A stretch of DNA of 64,000 nucleotides from Squalus acanthias (GCA_030390025.1 CM059433.1:28956001-29020000); one strand, 5' to 3'; counted from the stretch's first letter, positions 47,101-59,182 are shown. Made by a program: numbers and translations. Notes: generated by a model from the letters alone, not told the origin.

Positions 47101-50100
47101 GGAGAGAGCGAGAGAGACTGGGGAGGGAGAGAGAGAGACTGGGGAGAGAGAGAGACTGGGGGAGAGAGAGACTGGGGAGAGAGAGACAGGGGAGAGAGAG
47201 AGACTGGGGGAGAGAGTGAGACTGGGTAGAGAGAGAGACTGGGGAGAGAGAGACTAGGGGAGAGAGAGACTGGGGAGAGAGAGACTGGGGGAGAGAGAGA
47301 GACTGGGGGAGAGAGAGACTGGGGGAGAGAGAGACTGGGGAGAGAGAGAGAGTGGGGAGAGAGAGACTGGGGAGAGAAAGACTGGGGAGAGAGAGAGAGA
47401 CTGGTGAGAGAGAGAGACTGGGGAGAGAGAGAGATTGGGGGAGAGAGTGAGACTGGGTAGAGAGAGAGACTGGGGAGAGAGAGACTAGGGGAGAGAGAGA
47501 CTGGGGGAGAGAGACAGGGGAGAGAGACTCTGGGGAGAGAGAGACTGGGGAGAGAGAGAGACTGGGGAGAGAGGGTGACTGGGGAGAGAGAGACTGGGGA
47601 GAGAGGGACGGGGGAGAGAGAGACTGGGGAGAGAGGGACTGGGGAGAGAGAGACTGGGGAGAGAGAGATGGGGAGAGAGAGACTGGGTGAGAGAGGGACT
47701 GGGGAGAGAGGGACTGGGGAGAGAGAGACTGGGGAGAGAGAGACTGGGGAGAGAGAGACTGGGAGAGAGGGACTGGGGAGAGAGGGACTGGGGGAGAGAG
47801 GGACTGGGGGAGAGAGGGACTGGGGGAGAGAGGGACTGGGGGAGAGAGGGACTGGGGGAGAGAGCTGGAGACTGGGGAGAGAGAGACGGGGGAGAGAGAG
47901 CCTGGGGGAGAGAGACTGGGGAGAGAGAGACTGGGGAGAGAGAGGACTGGGGGAGAGAGAGTCGGGGGGAGAGAGAGACTGGGGAGAGAGAGAGATTGGG
48001 GAGAGAGTGAGACTGGGGAGAGAGAGAGACTGGGGAGAGAGAGACTAGGGGAGAGAGAGACTGGGGGAGAGAGACAGGGGAGAGAGACTCTGGGGAGAGA
48101 GAGACTGGGGAGAGAGAGAGACTGGGGAGAGAGGGTGACTGGGGAGAGAGAGACTGGGGAGAGAGGGACGGGGGAGAGAGAGACTGGGGAGAGAGGGACT
48201 GGGGAGAGAGAGACTGGGGAGAGAGAGACTGGGGAGAGAGAGACTGGGGAGAGAGGGACTGGGGAGAGAGGGACTGGGGGAGAGAGGGACTGGGGGAGAG
48301 AGGGACTGGGGGAGAGAGGGACTGGGGGAGAGAGGGACTGGGGGAGAGAGAGACGGGGGAGAGAGAGCCTGGGGGAGAGACTGGGGAGAGAGAGACTGGG
48401 GAGAGAGGGACTGGGGGAGAGAGAGTCGGGGGAGAGAGAGAGACTGGGGAGAGAGAGATTGGGGAGAGAGAGAGACTGGGGGAGAGAGAGACTGGGGAGA
48501 GAGAGACTGGGGAGAGAGAGAGACTGGGGGAGAGAGAGAGACTGGGGGAGAGAGAGACTGGGGAGAGAGAGAGACTGGGGAGAGAGAGAGACTGGGGGAG
48601 AGAGAGACTGGGGAGAGAGAGAGACTGGGGAGAGACTGGGGAGAGAGAGACTGGGAAGAGAGGGACTGGGGGAGAGAGAGTCAGGGGAGAGAGAGAGACT
48701 GGGGAGAGAGAGATTGGGGAGAGAGAGAGACTGGGGGAGAGAGAGACTGGGGAGAGACTGGGGAGAGAGAGAGACTGGGGAGTGAGAGACGGGGGAGAGA
48801 GACTCTGGGGAGAGAGACTCTGGGGAGAGAGAGACTGGGGAGAGAGAGAGAGACTGGGGAGAGAGAAACTGGGGAGAGAGAGAGACTGGGGAGAGAGAGA
48901 GACTGGGGAGAGAGAGTGACTGGGGAGAGAGAGACTGGGGAGAGAGGGACGGGGGAGAGAGAGACTGGGGAGAGAGGGACTGGGGAGAGAGAGACTGGGG
49001 AGAGAGAGATGGGGAGAGAGAGACTGGGGAGAGAGGGACTGGGGAGAGAGGGACTGGGGAGAGAGGGACGGGGAGAGAGAGACTGGGAAGAGAAAGACTG
49101 GGGAGAGAGAGAGATGGGGAGAGAGAGACTGGGGAGAGAGAGACTGGGGAGAGAGGGACTGGGGAGAGAGGGACTGGGGAGAGAGGGACTGGGGGAGAGA
49201 GGGACTGGGGGAGAGAGGGACTGGGGGAGAGAGGGACTGGGGGAGAGAGGGACTGGGGGAGAGAGGGACTGGGGGAGAGAGGGACTGGGGGAGAGAGAGA
49301 CGGGGGAGAGAGGGACTGGGGGAGAGAGGGACTGGGGGAGAAAGGGACTGGGGGAGAGAGGGACTGTGGGAGAGTGAGACGGGGGAGAGAGAGCCTGGGG
49401 GAGAGACTGGGGAGAGAGAGACTGGGGAGAGAGGGACTGGGGGAGAGAGAGTTGGGGTAGAGAGAGACTGGGGAGAGAGAAACTGGGGAGACAGAGACTG
49501 GGGAGACAGAGACTGGGGAGACAGAGACTGTGGAGAGAGAGACTGGGGAGAGAGGGACTGGGGAGAGAGGGACTGGGGAGAGAGGGACTGGGGGAGAGAG
49601 GGACTGGGGGAGAGAGGGACTGGGGGAGAGAGGGACTGGGGGAGAGAGGGACTGGGGGAGAGAGGGACTGGGGGAGAGAGGGACTGGGGGAGAGAGGGAC
49701 TGGGGGAGAGAGAGACGGGGGAGAGAGGGACTGGGGGAGAGAGGGACTGGGGGAGAAAGGGACTGGGGGAGAGAGGGACTGTGGGAGAGTGAGACGGGGG
49801 AGAGAGAGCCTGGGGGAGAGACTGGGGAGAGAGAGACTGGGGAGAGAGGGACTGGGGGAGAGAGAGTTGGGGTAGAGAGAGACTGGGGAGAGAGAAACTG
49901 GGGAGACAGAGACTGGGGAGACAGAGACTGGGGAGACAGAGACTGTGGAGAGAGAGACTGGGGAGAGAGAGACTGGGGAGAGAGAGACTGGGGAGGGGGA
50001 GACTGGGGAGGGAGAGACTGGGGGAGAGAGAGAGAGAGAGAGACTGGGGGAGAGAGAGAGAGAGAGAGAGACTGGGGAGAGAGAGAGACGGGGGAGGGAG

Positions 50101-50702
50101 AGAGAGAGACGGGGGAGAGAGAGAGAGAGAGAGAGGAAGAGAGGGAGACTGGGGAGAGAGAGAGACTGGGGACAGAGAGAGACGGGGAGAGAGAGACTGG
50201 GGAGAGAGAGAGACTGGGGGAGAGAGAGAGACTGGGGAGAGAGAGAGACTGGGGAGAGAGAGAGACTGGGGGAGAGACTGGGGAGAGAGAGAGACTGGGA
50301 ATAGAGAGAGAGGGGAGAGAGGGAGACTGGGAGAGAGACTGGGAGAGAGAGACTAGGGGAGAGAGAGAGACTGGGGGAGAGAGAGAGAGAGACTAGGGAG
50401 AGAGACACACACACTAGGGGGAAGAGAGACTGAGTAGGGGAGAGCAAGAGAGACTGGGGAGAGAGCTAGAGAGACTGGGGAGAGAGAGAGACACTGGGGA
50501 GAGAGATCGGGGGAGAGAGAGACTGGGGAGAGAGAGAGACTGGGGAGAGAGAGAGACGGGGAGAGACTGGGGAGAGAGAGAGACTGGGGAGAGAGAGAGA
50601 CACTGGGGAGAGAGACTGGGGAGAGAGAGACAGACGGAGGGAGCGAGGGGGACAGAGGGAGAGAGAGAAAGAGAGAGGGGAGACGGAGGGAGAGGGGAGA
50701 CG

Positions 50703-50733
<31 letters not shown>

Positions 50734-50770
50734 CGGAGGGAGAGAGAGAGGGAGAGGCAGAGAGGGACAG
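34390..50770. repeat. ~16.4-kb GA-rich satellite, unit GACTGGGG(AG)n of ~15-17 bp, with higher-order repeats
   Basis: Continuous array. Rare variants (GGGTGCCTGGGG, ACTGGGTAGAG, GGGAGTGAGA, GAGCCTGGGG) recur at ~1.1-1.5, ~2.5 and ~6.4-6.5 kb spacings. Confidence 0.98.
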
Positions 50771-51487
50771 AGAGAGGGGTGAGGGTCCAGATGCATGTAA
50801 TCCATTCCCGGGGACTGAGTGGCGACCGCACTTTGGAACAACACAGGTGGAGGCGCAGCACATGTACGATGGCCGCTGGAAGGAGGCTAAAGCAAACAGG
50901 TTTTAGGCCCCCGGTGAAACAAAAATGAGAATTTTTTTTAAATTCAGAAATTGTTTAAAGTCGGAAAAAAATACGGGAAAGTGATGTTGAATGTCCCACG
51001 GTAAGTTCCAGTTAAATTTTGCCAGGTGTTGTCCCCTTTTTGAAAGAGTCTATCAGGGTTATTTAAAGCATGTTATGGGAGGAAAAAGTTTGTGCCCCTG
51101 TTTGTACCTCAGAGTCTGTGAGAGGCGGAGGGAACGGCAGCAGAAAAAGAGGAAACAACTTCTCCAAAACTGATCCCAACTCATCGCCAAGGCTGGGGAT
51201 AGATAACCTCACCGCCTTCTTAGGAAGTTTAACCACTTTATTCAATTTCTTATTTGAGCTCCGCTTGGAATTGGAGTTTATTTTATTATTATTTGTTGTA
51301 TGTTTAACGACAGCATTGAAGAGGGAAAGAGAAACTTGAAGCAACTTCTGTCAAAGCTGCAACGAGACTTGAAAGAATTTTAAGGTTTTTAATGAACTTT
51401 TCACAAACAATGAATGTTAAAAACACTTTTTCCCCCCCTAAGTTTCAAATATGATTTTGGAAGAAACAGAAAAAAAAATCAATCTTC

Positions 51488-51890
51488 ATAAGAACATAAG
51501 AAATAAGAGCAGGAGTAGACCATACTGCCCCTCGAGCCTGCTCCGCTATTCAATAAGATCTTGGCTGATCTTCGACCTCAACTCCACTTTCCCGCCCGAT
51601 CTCCATATCCCTTGATTCCCCTAGAGTCCAAAAATCTATCTATTTCAGCCTTGAATATACTCAAAGACTCAGCATTCACAGCCTCTGGGGCAGAGAATTC
51701 CAAAGATTCACAACCCTCTGAGTGAAGAAATTCCTCCTCATCTCGGTCTTAAATGGCCTACCCCTTATCCTGAGACTATGCCCCCTAGTTCTAGACACTC
51801 CAGCCAGAATCTTGTATGTTTCAATGAGATCACCTCTCATTCTTCTAAACTCCAGAGTATAGGCCCATTCTACACAATCTCTCATCATCT
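51488..51890 (-). mobile_element. CR1 3' fragment
   Basis: LEFRRMRGDLIETYKIL...FFTQRVVNLWNSLPQ plus a CR1 tail. Confidence 0.9.
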
Positions 51891-52132
51891 CTCATTTCCC
51901 CTAATCTAAACAAGTTTCAACCAGGTCTTGAAGTCTAAACGCTTTTAAAGAGGTTCTGAAATGCTTAAAACATTTTAAAACTGTAATTTCTCAATATTTG
52001 ATTTTGAATGATTGACTGAAGTGAGTAGCTTTACACAAACATGCAACCATGCTGTTAAGGAGGGGGAGGGCGGGGAGGATTTGTAGGAGTTACATATTAC
52101 TTTTTATTGACATTTAAAAAAAATATAATTAA

Positions 52133-52807
52133 GGGCCCGTATTTTCCGATCGCAGGCCTCCCGCGGGCGGAGGCCTGCGATCTGGAAAAATCTACGCCCT
52201 TACCTGAGGGCTCCCGGGACGCACACGCTTCCGATCCTGGGCCTCTTCAAACTCCAAGTGCGCAGGGCCCACGTATCCCAGAGGCGCATGTAGTTCGCAG
52301 CGTCCCTGGGATCACGTGGGCCATGGGGAGCCAATCACAGAAGGGAATCTCCCTTCATACACTTGACAGGAAGACCTGTCAAATATATGAATGGAGATCA
52401 CCCCAGAAACATAGTAAAACTTTAATTAATGAAAAAAAAAAATCATATTTTTAAAATGACTTGACATTACAATAAATTAAGTATTTTAAACAAAAAATTT
52501 ATTTTTTGAAGAAAATAATGAAAGTTTTTTACGGGGCTAAAAATAAACTTACCTTTTTTAAAAGTATTTTACCAGGCGTAAGAATTGTAAGGGTTTTCTG
52601 CGGGCGGAGGGTCTCCAAAAAGCGAACTATCCGCCCACAGAGGCCCTTCTCCAGGGCAGCCGGAGGATCTGTCAAGAGGATTCTTAACAGATTGGAAATG
52701 CCGGTTTTCAGCGCATGTGCTGTGCATGCCTGAAACCGGCATCTCCGATGTCCCGACGGGTGGGTACACAGCGCGTACACACCCGTAGGGATCGGAGTAT
52801 CTGGGCC
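52133..52807. mobile_element. PIF/Harbinger-type MITE
   Basis: Termini GGGCCCGTATTTTCCGATC / GATCGGAGTATCTGGGCC. Internal motifs are shared with 18859-19604 and 54418-55161. Confidence 0.7.
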
Positions 52808-53949
52808 ATTATGTTTAGGAAACTGACCAAAAAAGGGGAAAAACACAAACCATTTTATTTTGTCTGTTGTTCTATAGTCCGAACAAGTCCCAGGAATAAT
52901 GTAAATATAGATTTCCTCTTAAACGTTTAGTGGATGGAGTGTTAATAGAAACACGAGTTATGTAATGATGTATAAAAATTGCAGGAAGCTACTTTAGAAG
53001 AAACTACTATTTGTTTATTGAGAAAGACACAGAAAATACTTCGATTAAACTAATAATGTACAATTTTGATTTGGTATAAATGTTTGAATTAGGAGATTAA
53101 AATTGAGAGTACAATGAAGTTTGTTTCCACTATTTAATTGGGAAGTACCTAAAATAATTCAACACTTTTCGTGATAAGAGCAGGGATTAATATTGTGGAC
53201 AATGTTTGAGAGAAGAACATTGGAAGCGAAATTTGTAAATTAACATCTTTACGTCAACATATTAGTAAACATTTCCAAGTCAGTCTGATTGGTTCTCCTG
53301 TCCAGGAAGAAAGATGAATGCTTATTTCTGTTAAGTCATAGCTTTTCCTGCTTTTTGTTTTTAATTCGGTGATGCAAATTGTGTATGTGTTTTTCTGCAC
53401 TTGTGAATAAGTGCTGCATTTCTGACATGTTACATGGGGTGCGGGGGGTGGGGCGTGGGTGCTGTTCAAGAAGACAACGTTTATTAATGGAAATGATTGA
53501 AGTTGGAAATACGGATACCCGCTTTTGTTCAATTCTTTTTAATACTGTGAACTAAAGAACTACAGCACTTTATATTAGTTGGTTGTCTGGTTGCATTGTG
53601 ATTAATATTCTGATCACTTATGTGGACGTACAGCACGTCAGCGCCATAGGAAAGCCGCTGCTCCTGCTGCTTGTGCAGCCACTGCTATAGTGACATGAGA
53701 GATGGGCTAATAAGTTGAAAACTTTAAAATTAAGACAAATTACACGAATAGATATGCCTCTTTCAGCTCACCTTGGGCTTTTGGATTGTTTGTCGATGCA
53801 TAACCCTGTAACTGAGTGACGTTTCTGAAGTGTTAATGCATTATTATGCAGTTCTTTTATATCCCAGTCATTTCTGACAAGTATTTTTTTTATTAAATAG
53901 AGTTTGCACATGACAAACTAAAAGCTTTTAATTAATTCTACCGTAAACA

Positions 53950-54235
53950 AACTTGCAGAATGAGCATGTAAATGACAAATGAATTTCAATATAGATAAGT
54001 GTGAGGTGGTGGATTTTGGTAGGAGGAATAAGGGGGCTACCTACTCCTTGGAAAATAAGAGTCTAAATGGGGTAGAGGTGCAAAGGGATCTAGGGGTATA
54101 GATTCACAAATCATTAAAAGTAGCAACACAGGTTAAAAAAGCCATAACAGTGCAAATAAAGCACTGGGGTTTATTTCTAGAGGAATAGAATTCAAAAGCA
54201 GAGAAGTTATGTTAAAACTTGTATAGAACCTTGTC
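53950..54235 (+). mobile_element. CR1 RT fragment
   Basis: FNIDKCEVVDFGRRN and ANKALGFISRGIEFKSREVML remnants. Confidence 0.75.
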
Positions 54236-54417
54236 CGATTGTCTCATGATTTGAGACGGTGGGGTGGCAATATGGCATTACTGTATATATGCTTTTACGT
54301 GGTTGCTGTTGCTGTTGTAAAAGTTATTGTTGTTTTAAAATTTGCTCACAGACGACAAGGTCACGCTCAAAGGAGTTCGTGGCCCGTTCAGTACAAAAAA
54401 AAATTAGAGGGAATATT

Positions 54418-55161
54418 GGGCCGAAAATTGATCCCGGGACGCGAGAGTACGCACTGCGTACTCTCGCGTATTCCCACTCCAATTGCCGGTTTTCTGCATG
54501 CCCTGCGCATGCGCTGAAAACCGGCAATTGCTCTTCTGAAAAGGGGGCGGGTCCTGGGTGCATCGCGTGCGCGCTACAGGCTGCGCGCACGCTGTGCACT
54601 TCATGCTTTGGACGCGCAGGTAAGTAGGGAAGATTTTGGAAATGTAAAAAGGAGGAGTAAGACCCGCTTTTAAGAAGGTAAGTAGTGAATTAAGTATTTT
54701 TTTGAATTTTTTTTTACAGGTATATCTTTTTTAGAGACTTTAAAGACAGGTAAGTTTATTTTTATAACTCTTTAAAAGATTTTAAATTTTTTCAAAAATT
54801 TAATTTTTTATTTAAAATGGTTAATTTAATTAACTATACTTATTTTATTAATGTGATGGTTTTTTTTTTAAATTTAATTGAGGTTTAGCTGTTATTTTGG
54901 GGGGGTGTAAGATTAATAGATTTCACAGCCGTGCTGTGAGACTTATGAATGGAAGATGGTGTGCTGCCATTGGCTCTAACTGAGTCACGTGATCCCACAG
55001 CTCGCACGAATTCACTACGCCGCTGGGATACGCAAGCCCAGCACAGCTGATGTCTGGAACATCAAGTTCGTGCGAGCTGGATCTGAAAAAGCACAAGCGA
55101 GGTGAGACATCGCGGGGAAGGCTTACCCCCACGGGAACAGAGCGAGATCAATTTCTGGGCC
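54418..55161. mobile_element. PIF/Harbinger-type MITE
   Basis: TIRs GGGCCGAAAATTGATC / GATCAATTTCTGGGCC with a 3-bp TSD ATT (54415-54417, 55162-55164). Confidence 0.8.
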
Positions 55162-55279
55162 ATTGAGTGTCAGCCTAGATTTTATGCTCAAGTCTCTGGA
55201 GTGGGACCTGAACCCACAACCTTCTGACTCCGAGACGAGAGTGCTTCCACAGCTGACATTGTGGCCAAAAGAGGAGACC

Positions 55280-55555
55280 ACAACTAGGGGCCATAAATAT
55301 AAGATAGGGAATTTGGGAGAAACTTCTTTACCCAGAGAGTGGTGAGAATGTGGAACTCGCTACCACAAGGAGTGGTTGAGGCGAATAGCAGAGATGCATT
55401 TAAGGGAAAGCTGGATAAACACATGAGGGAGAAAGAAAAGAAGGATGTGTTGATGGGGCGAGATGAAGTGGGGTGGGAGGAAGCTCGTGTGGAGCACAAA
55501 CACTGGCACGCACCAGTTGGGCCGCATGGCCTGTTTCTGTGCTGTACATTCTATA
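55280..55555 (+). mobile_element. CR1 3' end
   Basis: VRMWNSLPQGVVEANSRDAFKGKLDKHM followed by a 3' UTR. Confidence 0.8.
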
Positions 55556-55834
55556 CACCCAGCTCAATTTTCCTCTCCGTTGACTTCAATGGAAAGTGAA
55601 AATTACCCCCACTGTTTTATTTTTGATATACGTCACTTCTCTCCCAGGCTGCATTTACAACTAGAGCGTCAGTGTGAAGCAGTTTACTCCCACCGTGCCC
55701 TCCTCCCCCAGGAGAGGACGTCTCACTCTGCAGTTAGGTTGGGCCCTAACTCCAGCCTTACACTACAACTTCTTAGTGTTGGTGCAACATTAGTGATAGT
55801 GTAAATACAGCACTGCTGTCTTCAACACTGGCAA

Positions 55835-57730
55835 TAAAACTCTGCTGCTCGTGTCCTAACTCGCACCGAGTCCCGCTCACCCATCACTCCTGTGCTCGCT
55901 GACCGACACTGGCTCCCGGTCCGGCAACACTTCAGTTTTAAAATTCTCATCCTTATGGTCAAATACCTACATGGCCTCGGCCCTGTAGGGTTCTCAAAAT
56001 TCCCACATTCCCCAGAGTTATTAATAAGGGGTACCCCAGACAAAATGGCTTCTAGACCTCGTGGCAGAAGCCTGCGACATTGAACAGAAACCAGGGCCCT
56101 GCAGAAACAGCAGGCCAGGTGACATGCCTGGGTCTGTAAGAGAGTTCGCAAAATTCCCAGACCCCCAAAAGACTCGGAGGAAAAGAGAGAGACCCGAAGA
56201 AAAGGGGACTTTGGACATTTTAAAACCAATTGAGTGTATTGGACCAGGGACATTTTTAAAACATGCCTGGGCAGACCTCAGTACAGGTTGCCAAAGGAGG
56301 CGGGGCTGGCCTCTACAGAGACAATGTTGTATATTACAGGTGGTCGACCTGTCTGGGGAACCAGATGACCCCACTCCAGCCCATCAAACTGCTTAGCATT
56401 TATACAAAGAAGTAAAGGAATGGAGTCCTCACCAAAACTCCAGGCATATCAGAAAAACATGAATAAAACAAGCCCAAAAGCCCAATCTATTCATACCAAG
56501 GCCCAGTTTCGATGACCCGAAACTCAACACAAATGAACAACCATCAGACCAGCAATCATCCTCCACTTAACAAATATTTAATATCGTTAAAGGCCATTCT
56601 CCTGCCATTAAAGTTAACAACCTTAACGAGCCCACCAGAATTAAACAAAGCACTGGGAAGATTTGGCGGGCAGATAAGGAACAATCCAACAGTATAACTA
56701 TAGACCTGTGCTGGGACAAGAGAGGGCTACAGAGACGAGAGGCTGGGACAAGCCAGTTCTACAGAGAACAGAGATTGCAAGGCAGAGCACAGACTGGCAG
56801 TTTTGCAGACTAGCAGATTACAGCAAGGGAGCTACGGAACACGGAACAGCAAGGCCAAGCAGACTGCAGTCGACCGAAGCAAGGACGAAACCGACCGCAT
56901 CAGCGGATTCGCAAAGACTGAGCCTGGAGAGCCGCTGAAGTTTTCTGCCACGTACGGGGTACGGCAGCCACTATCCAACACATCGAGCGAACTCCGAAAC
57001 CACGACTGGCTTAATCGACAGGATTCGACCTGTCCAGAGACCCTTACTGGTGAGCATGATCCCTGGCCCCTCACAGCACACTTAGCTAGATATGGGTAAG
57101 GGGATTAAGACTGTGATTTTTCTCCCTCGATGTGCCGTGTGTTCCCCATTCCAATTTATGTGTATTTTAGTAAGCCTGTAACTATTCCAGTAATTTTTCA
57201 GTGTCGTATCGTTCATAAAATACGCTTTTCTTGTACCAAACCAGTCGTCTACTCCAATTCTGTATCGCCGCCTGTACCTAAGTCCGGTGTCTAGAACCCA
57301 GGGGTGTGGGAGCGATTCGAACCGCTCAGGAACCCAGTCAGAGTCGAGCTGACTACACACACGCCACCCCCTACAGCCCTCCCCATCTCTGTAATCTCCT
57401 CCTGCCCTACAACCCTCCAAGATCTCTGTGTTCCTCCAATTCTGGCCTCTTGCGCATCCCCGATTTCCTTCGCTCCACCACCGGCAGCTGTGCTTTCAGC
57501 TGCCTAGGCCCTAAGCTCTGGAATACTCTCCCTAAAGCTCTCCGCCTTTCTCTCCTCCTTTAAGACGCTCCTTAAAACCGACTTCTTTGACCAGGCTTTT
57601 GGTCACCTGCCCTACTATCTCCTTTTGTGGCTCGGTGTCAAATTTTGTCTGATAGTGCTCCTGTGAAGCGTCTTGGGATGTTTTACTACGTTAAAGGCGC
57701 TATGTAAATATACGTCGTTGTTGTTGTTGT
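55835..57730 (+). mobile_element. L2 3' fragment split by a solo LTR
   Basis: LADRHWLPVRQHFSFKILIL...LHGL before 55984, resumption at 57376, (GTT)n tail at ~57715-57730. Confidence 0.85.
55984..57375. mobile_element. Solo LTR (Gypsy/ERV type), 1392 bp
   Basis: Termini TGTAGGG...CCCTACA (TG...CA, 7-bp inverted repeat), 4-bp TSD GCCC (55980-55983, 57376-57379), inserted cleanly in an L2. Confidence 0.8.
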
Positions 57731-57907
57731 CGCTGTCCTGGACTTGGGCCTCGGCCCTTTAACTAGACTTCTCAACTTAAAACAAAAACTCTTCCCCTTT
57801 CAGAACGATCAGTAATGTCTGTAGGTATTGTGATTGTGAGTTTTGCCTATATTACTAACACGTTGCACCCTGCATGACTTCACTGCACCTGGCAATGCCA
57901 AGGAAGG

Positions 57908-58145
57908 TAGGGTTCCCAACTCTGGTTGGACATATTCCTGGAGGTTTCATCACATGATCTCCTATCGCCCAATAAAACAACCTTTTCCCTTATATCCAAT
58001 ATATTTATAACTAAGAAATGAAAGTGTTCAAAGAAATTGAAAACCTCTTTGCTTTTAATCCTCCATGATTTTTCTCCTGGGTGTTGTTGGAAGCAGTGTC
58101 CTGGAGATTAATCTTTAATTCCTGGAGACTCCCTGGCAACCCCCT
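57908..58145 (-). mobile_element. hAT-type MITE, internally deleted
   Basis: TAGGGTTCCCAAC...GGCAACCCCCT with a near-perfect 8-bp TSD AAGGAAGG / CAGGAAGG. Confidence 0.75.
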
Positions 58146-58764
58146 CAGGAAGGTGGTTTGAAATATGGTTTGTAAAGGGGTAAAGTATGTGAATGATGTC
58201 CTGATGTCAAAGCTGGATGTCATTTTTTTTTTAAATGACCAATTGGGTTACCTCCTCCTCTCCTGAAGGCATTGCCTTCTGCTGGGGGTACAGTTCTGCA
58301 GGCGCCCTCCAAAATCGGGCCCAAGTAGCTATGCTCCATGGATGAGCCTGAACACCAAGGCTGGGGTTTTCCACTTCTGTGCTCCCCCAGCCTGTAACCT
58401 TCCACCCGGTGAAGTGAACAGGCAAGACAGGCACGGACTGATGAGCACAGAGGTGAAAAGAGCCAGGCTCAAGTGTTGGCAGTGAGTATCGCAACAGAAC
58501 CTAATCCTATTCTCACTCAATAAACATTTTGAACAGGAGTCATTGGATAGCAATCAGCAGAGTAAACCTTGGCTGATTTTCTTCTCCATAGCCCAGCCCC
58601 AATTCTACCATTGCCCGCCCGATATCAGAAAGAATATTACATTGGAACAGAAGTGGGGGCTCTTCTGAAATTTGGCCAGAGGTACATTGTTATGTTGAGT
58701 AGGGGAAGCTTTGCTCTGTGTCTAACTGTGCTATAGTTGATCTGGGACTGTTTGGTGCCGTGAC

Positions 58765-59182
58765 ACAGTTGACAGCTCTCTTACCTCAGAGTCAGAAGGT
58801 CATGGGTTCAAGCACCACTCCAGAGGCTTGAATACATAATCCTGGCTGACCCTCCTAGTGTTAGTACTGAGGGAGTGCTGCACTGTCAGAGGTGCCATCT
58901 GAGGTGGAAATAAAAGATCCCATGGCACTATTTCGAACAGCAGGGAAGTTTTCCCTGGTGTCCTGGCCAATATTTATCCCTCAACCAACATCACTAAAAC
59001 AGATTATCTGGTCATTGTCACATTGCTGTTTGTGGGAGCTTGCTGTGCGCAAATTGGCTGCTGCGTTTCGTACATTACAACAGTGACTACACTCCAAAAA
59101 AGTACTTCATTGGCTGTAAAGCGCTTTGGGACGTCCTCAGGTCGTGAAAGGTGCTAAATAAATGCAAGTTCTTTCTTTCTTT
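58765..59182 (+). mobile_element. tRNA-derived Deu-domain SINE (SacSINE1/LmeSINE1-like)
   Basis: B-box-like GGTTCAAGCAC, Deu-like core AAAGATCCCATGGCACT...GGTGTCCTGGCCAA, 3' tail shared with local L2, (TTTC)n end. Family name is from memory. Confidence 0.75.

Noticed and set aside
34390..50770. Recursive-splicing (AG|GT ratchet) sites in the satellite
   Set aside because: The sense unit reads CAG-TC, not CAG-GT, so no donor is regenerated.
34271..50863. Very long ORFs (up to 1623 aa, SLSPQSLSP / ERETGERDWG) on both strands
   Set aside because: Artefacts of a stop-poor satellite: open in several frames at once, G-run indels shift frames freely, and there is no domain content.
53772..53824. 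Possible minus-strand alternative exon ending AAG|GTGAGC
   Set aside because: Weak pyrimidine tract. Candidate lengths of 53 or 34 nt and the phase-0 ATG frame do not fit the phase-1 start of exon 2, and there is no similarity to KHDRBS2 exon 1.
58765..58830. tRNA gene
   Set aside because: Degenerate tRNA-like head continuous with a SINE body; no full cloverleaf.
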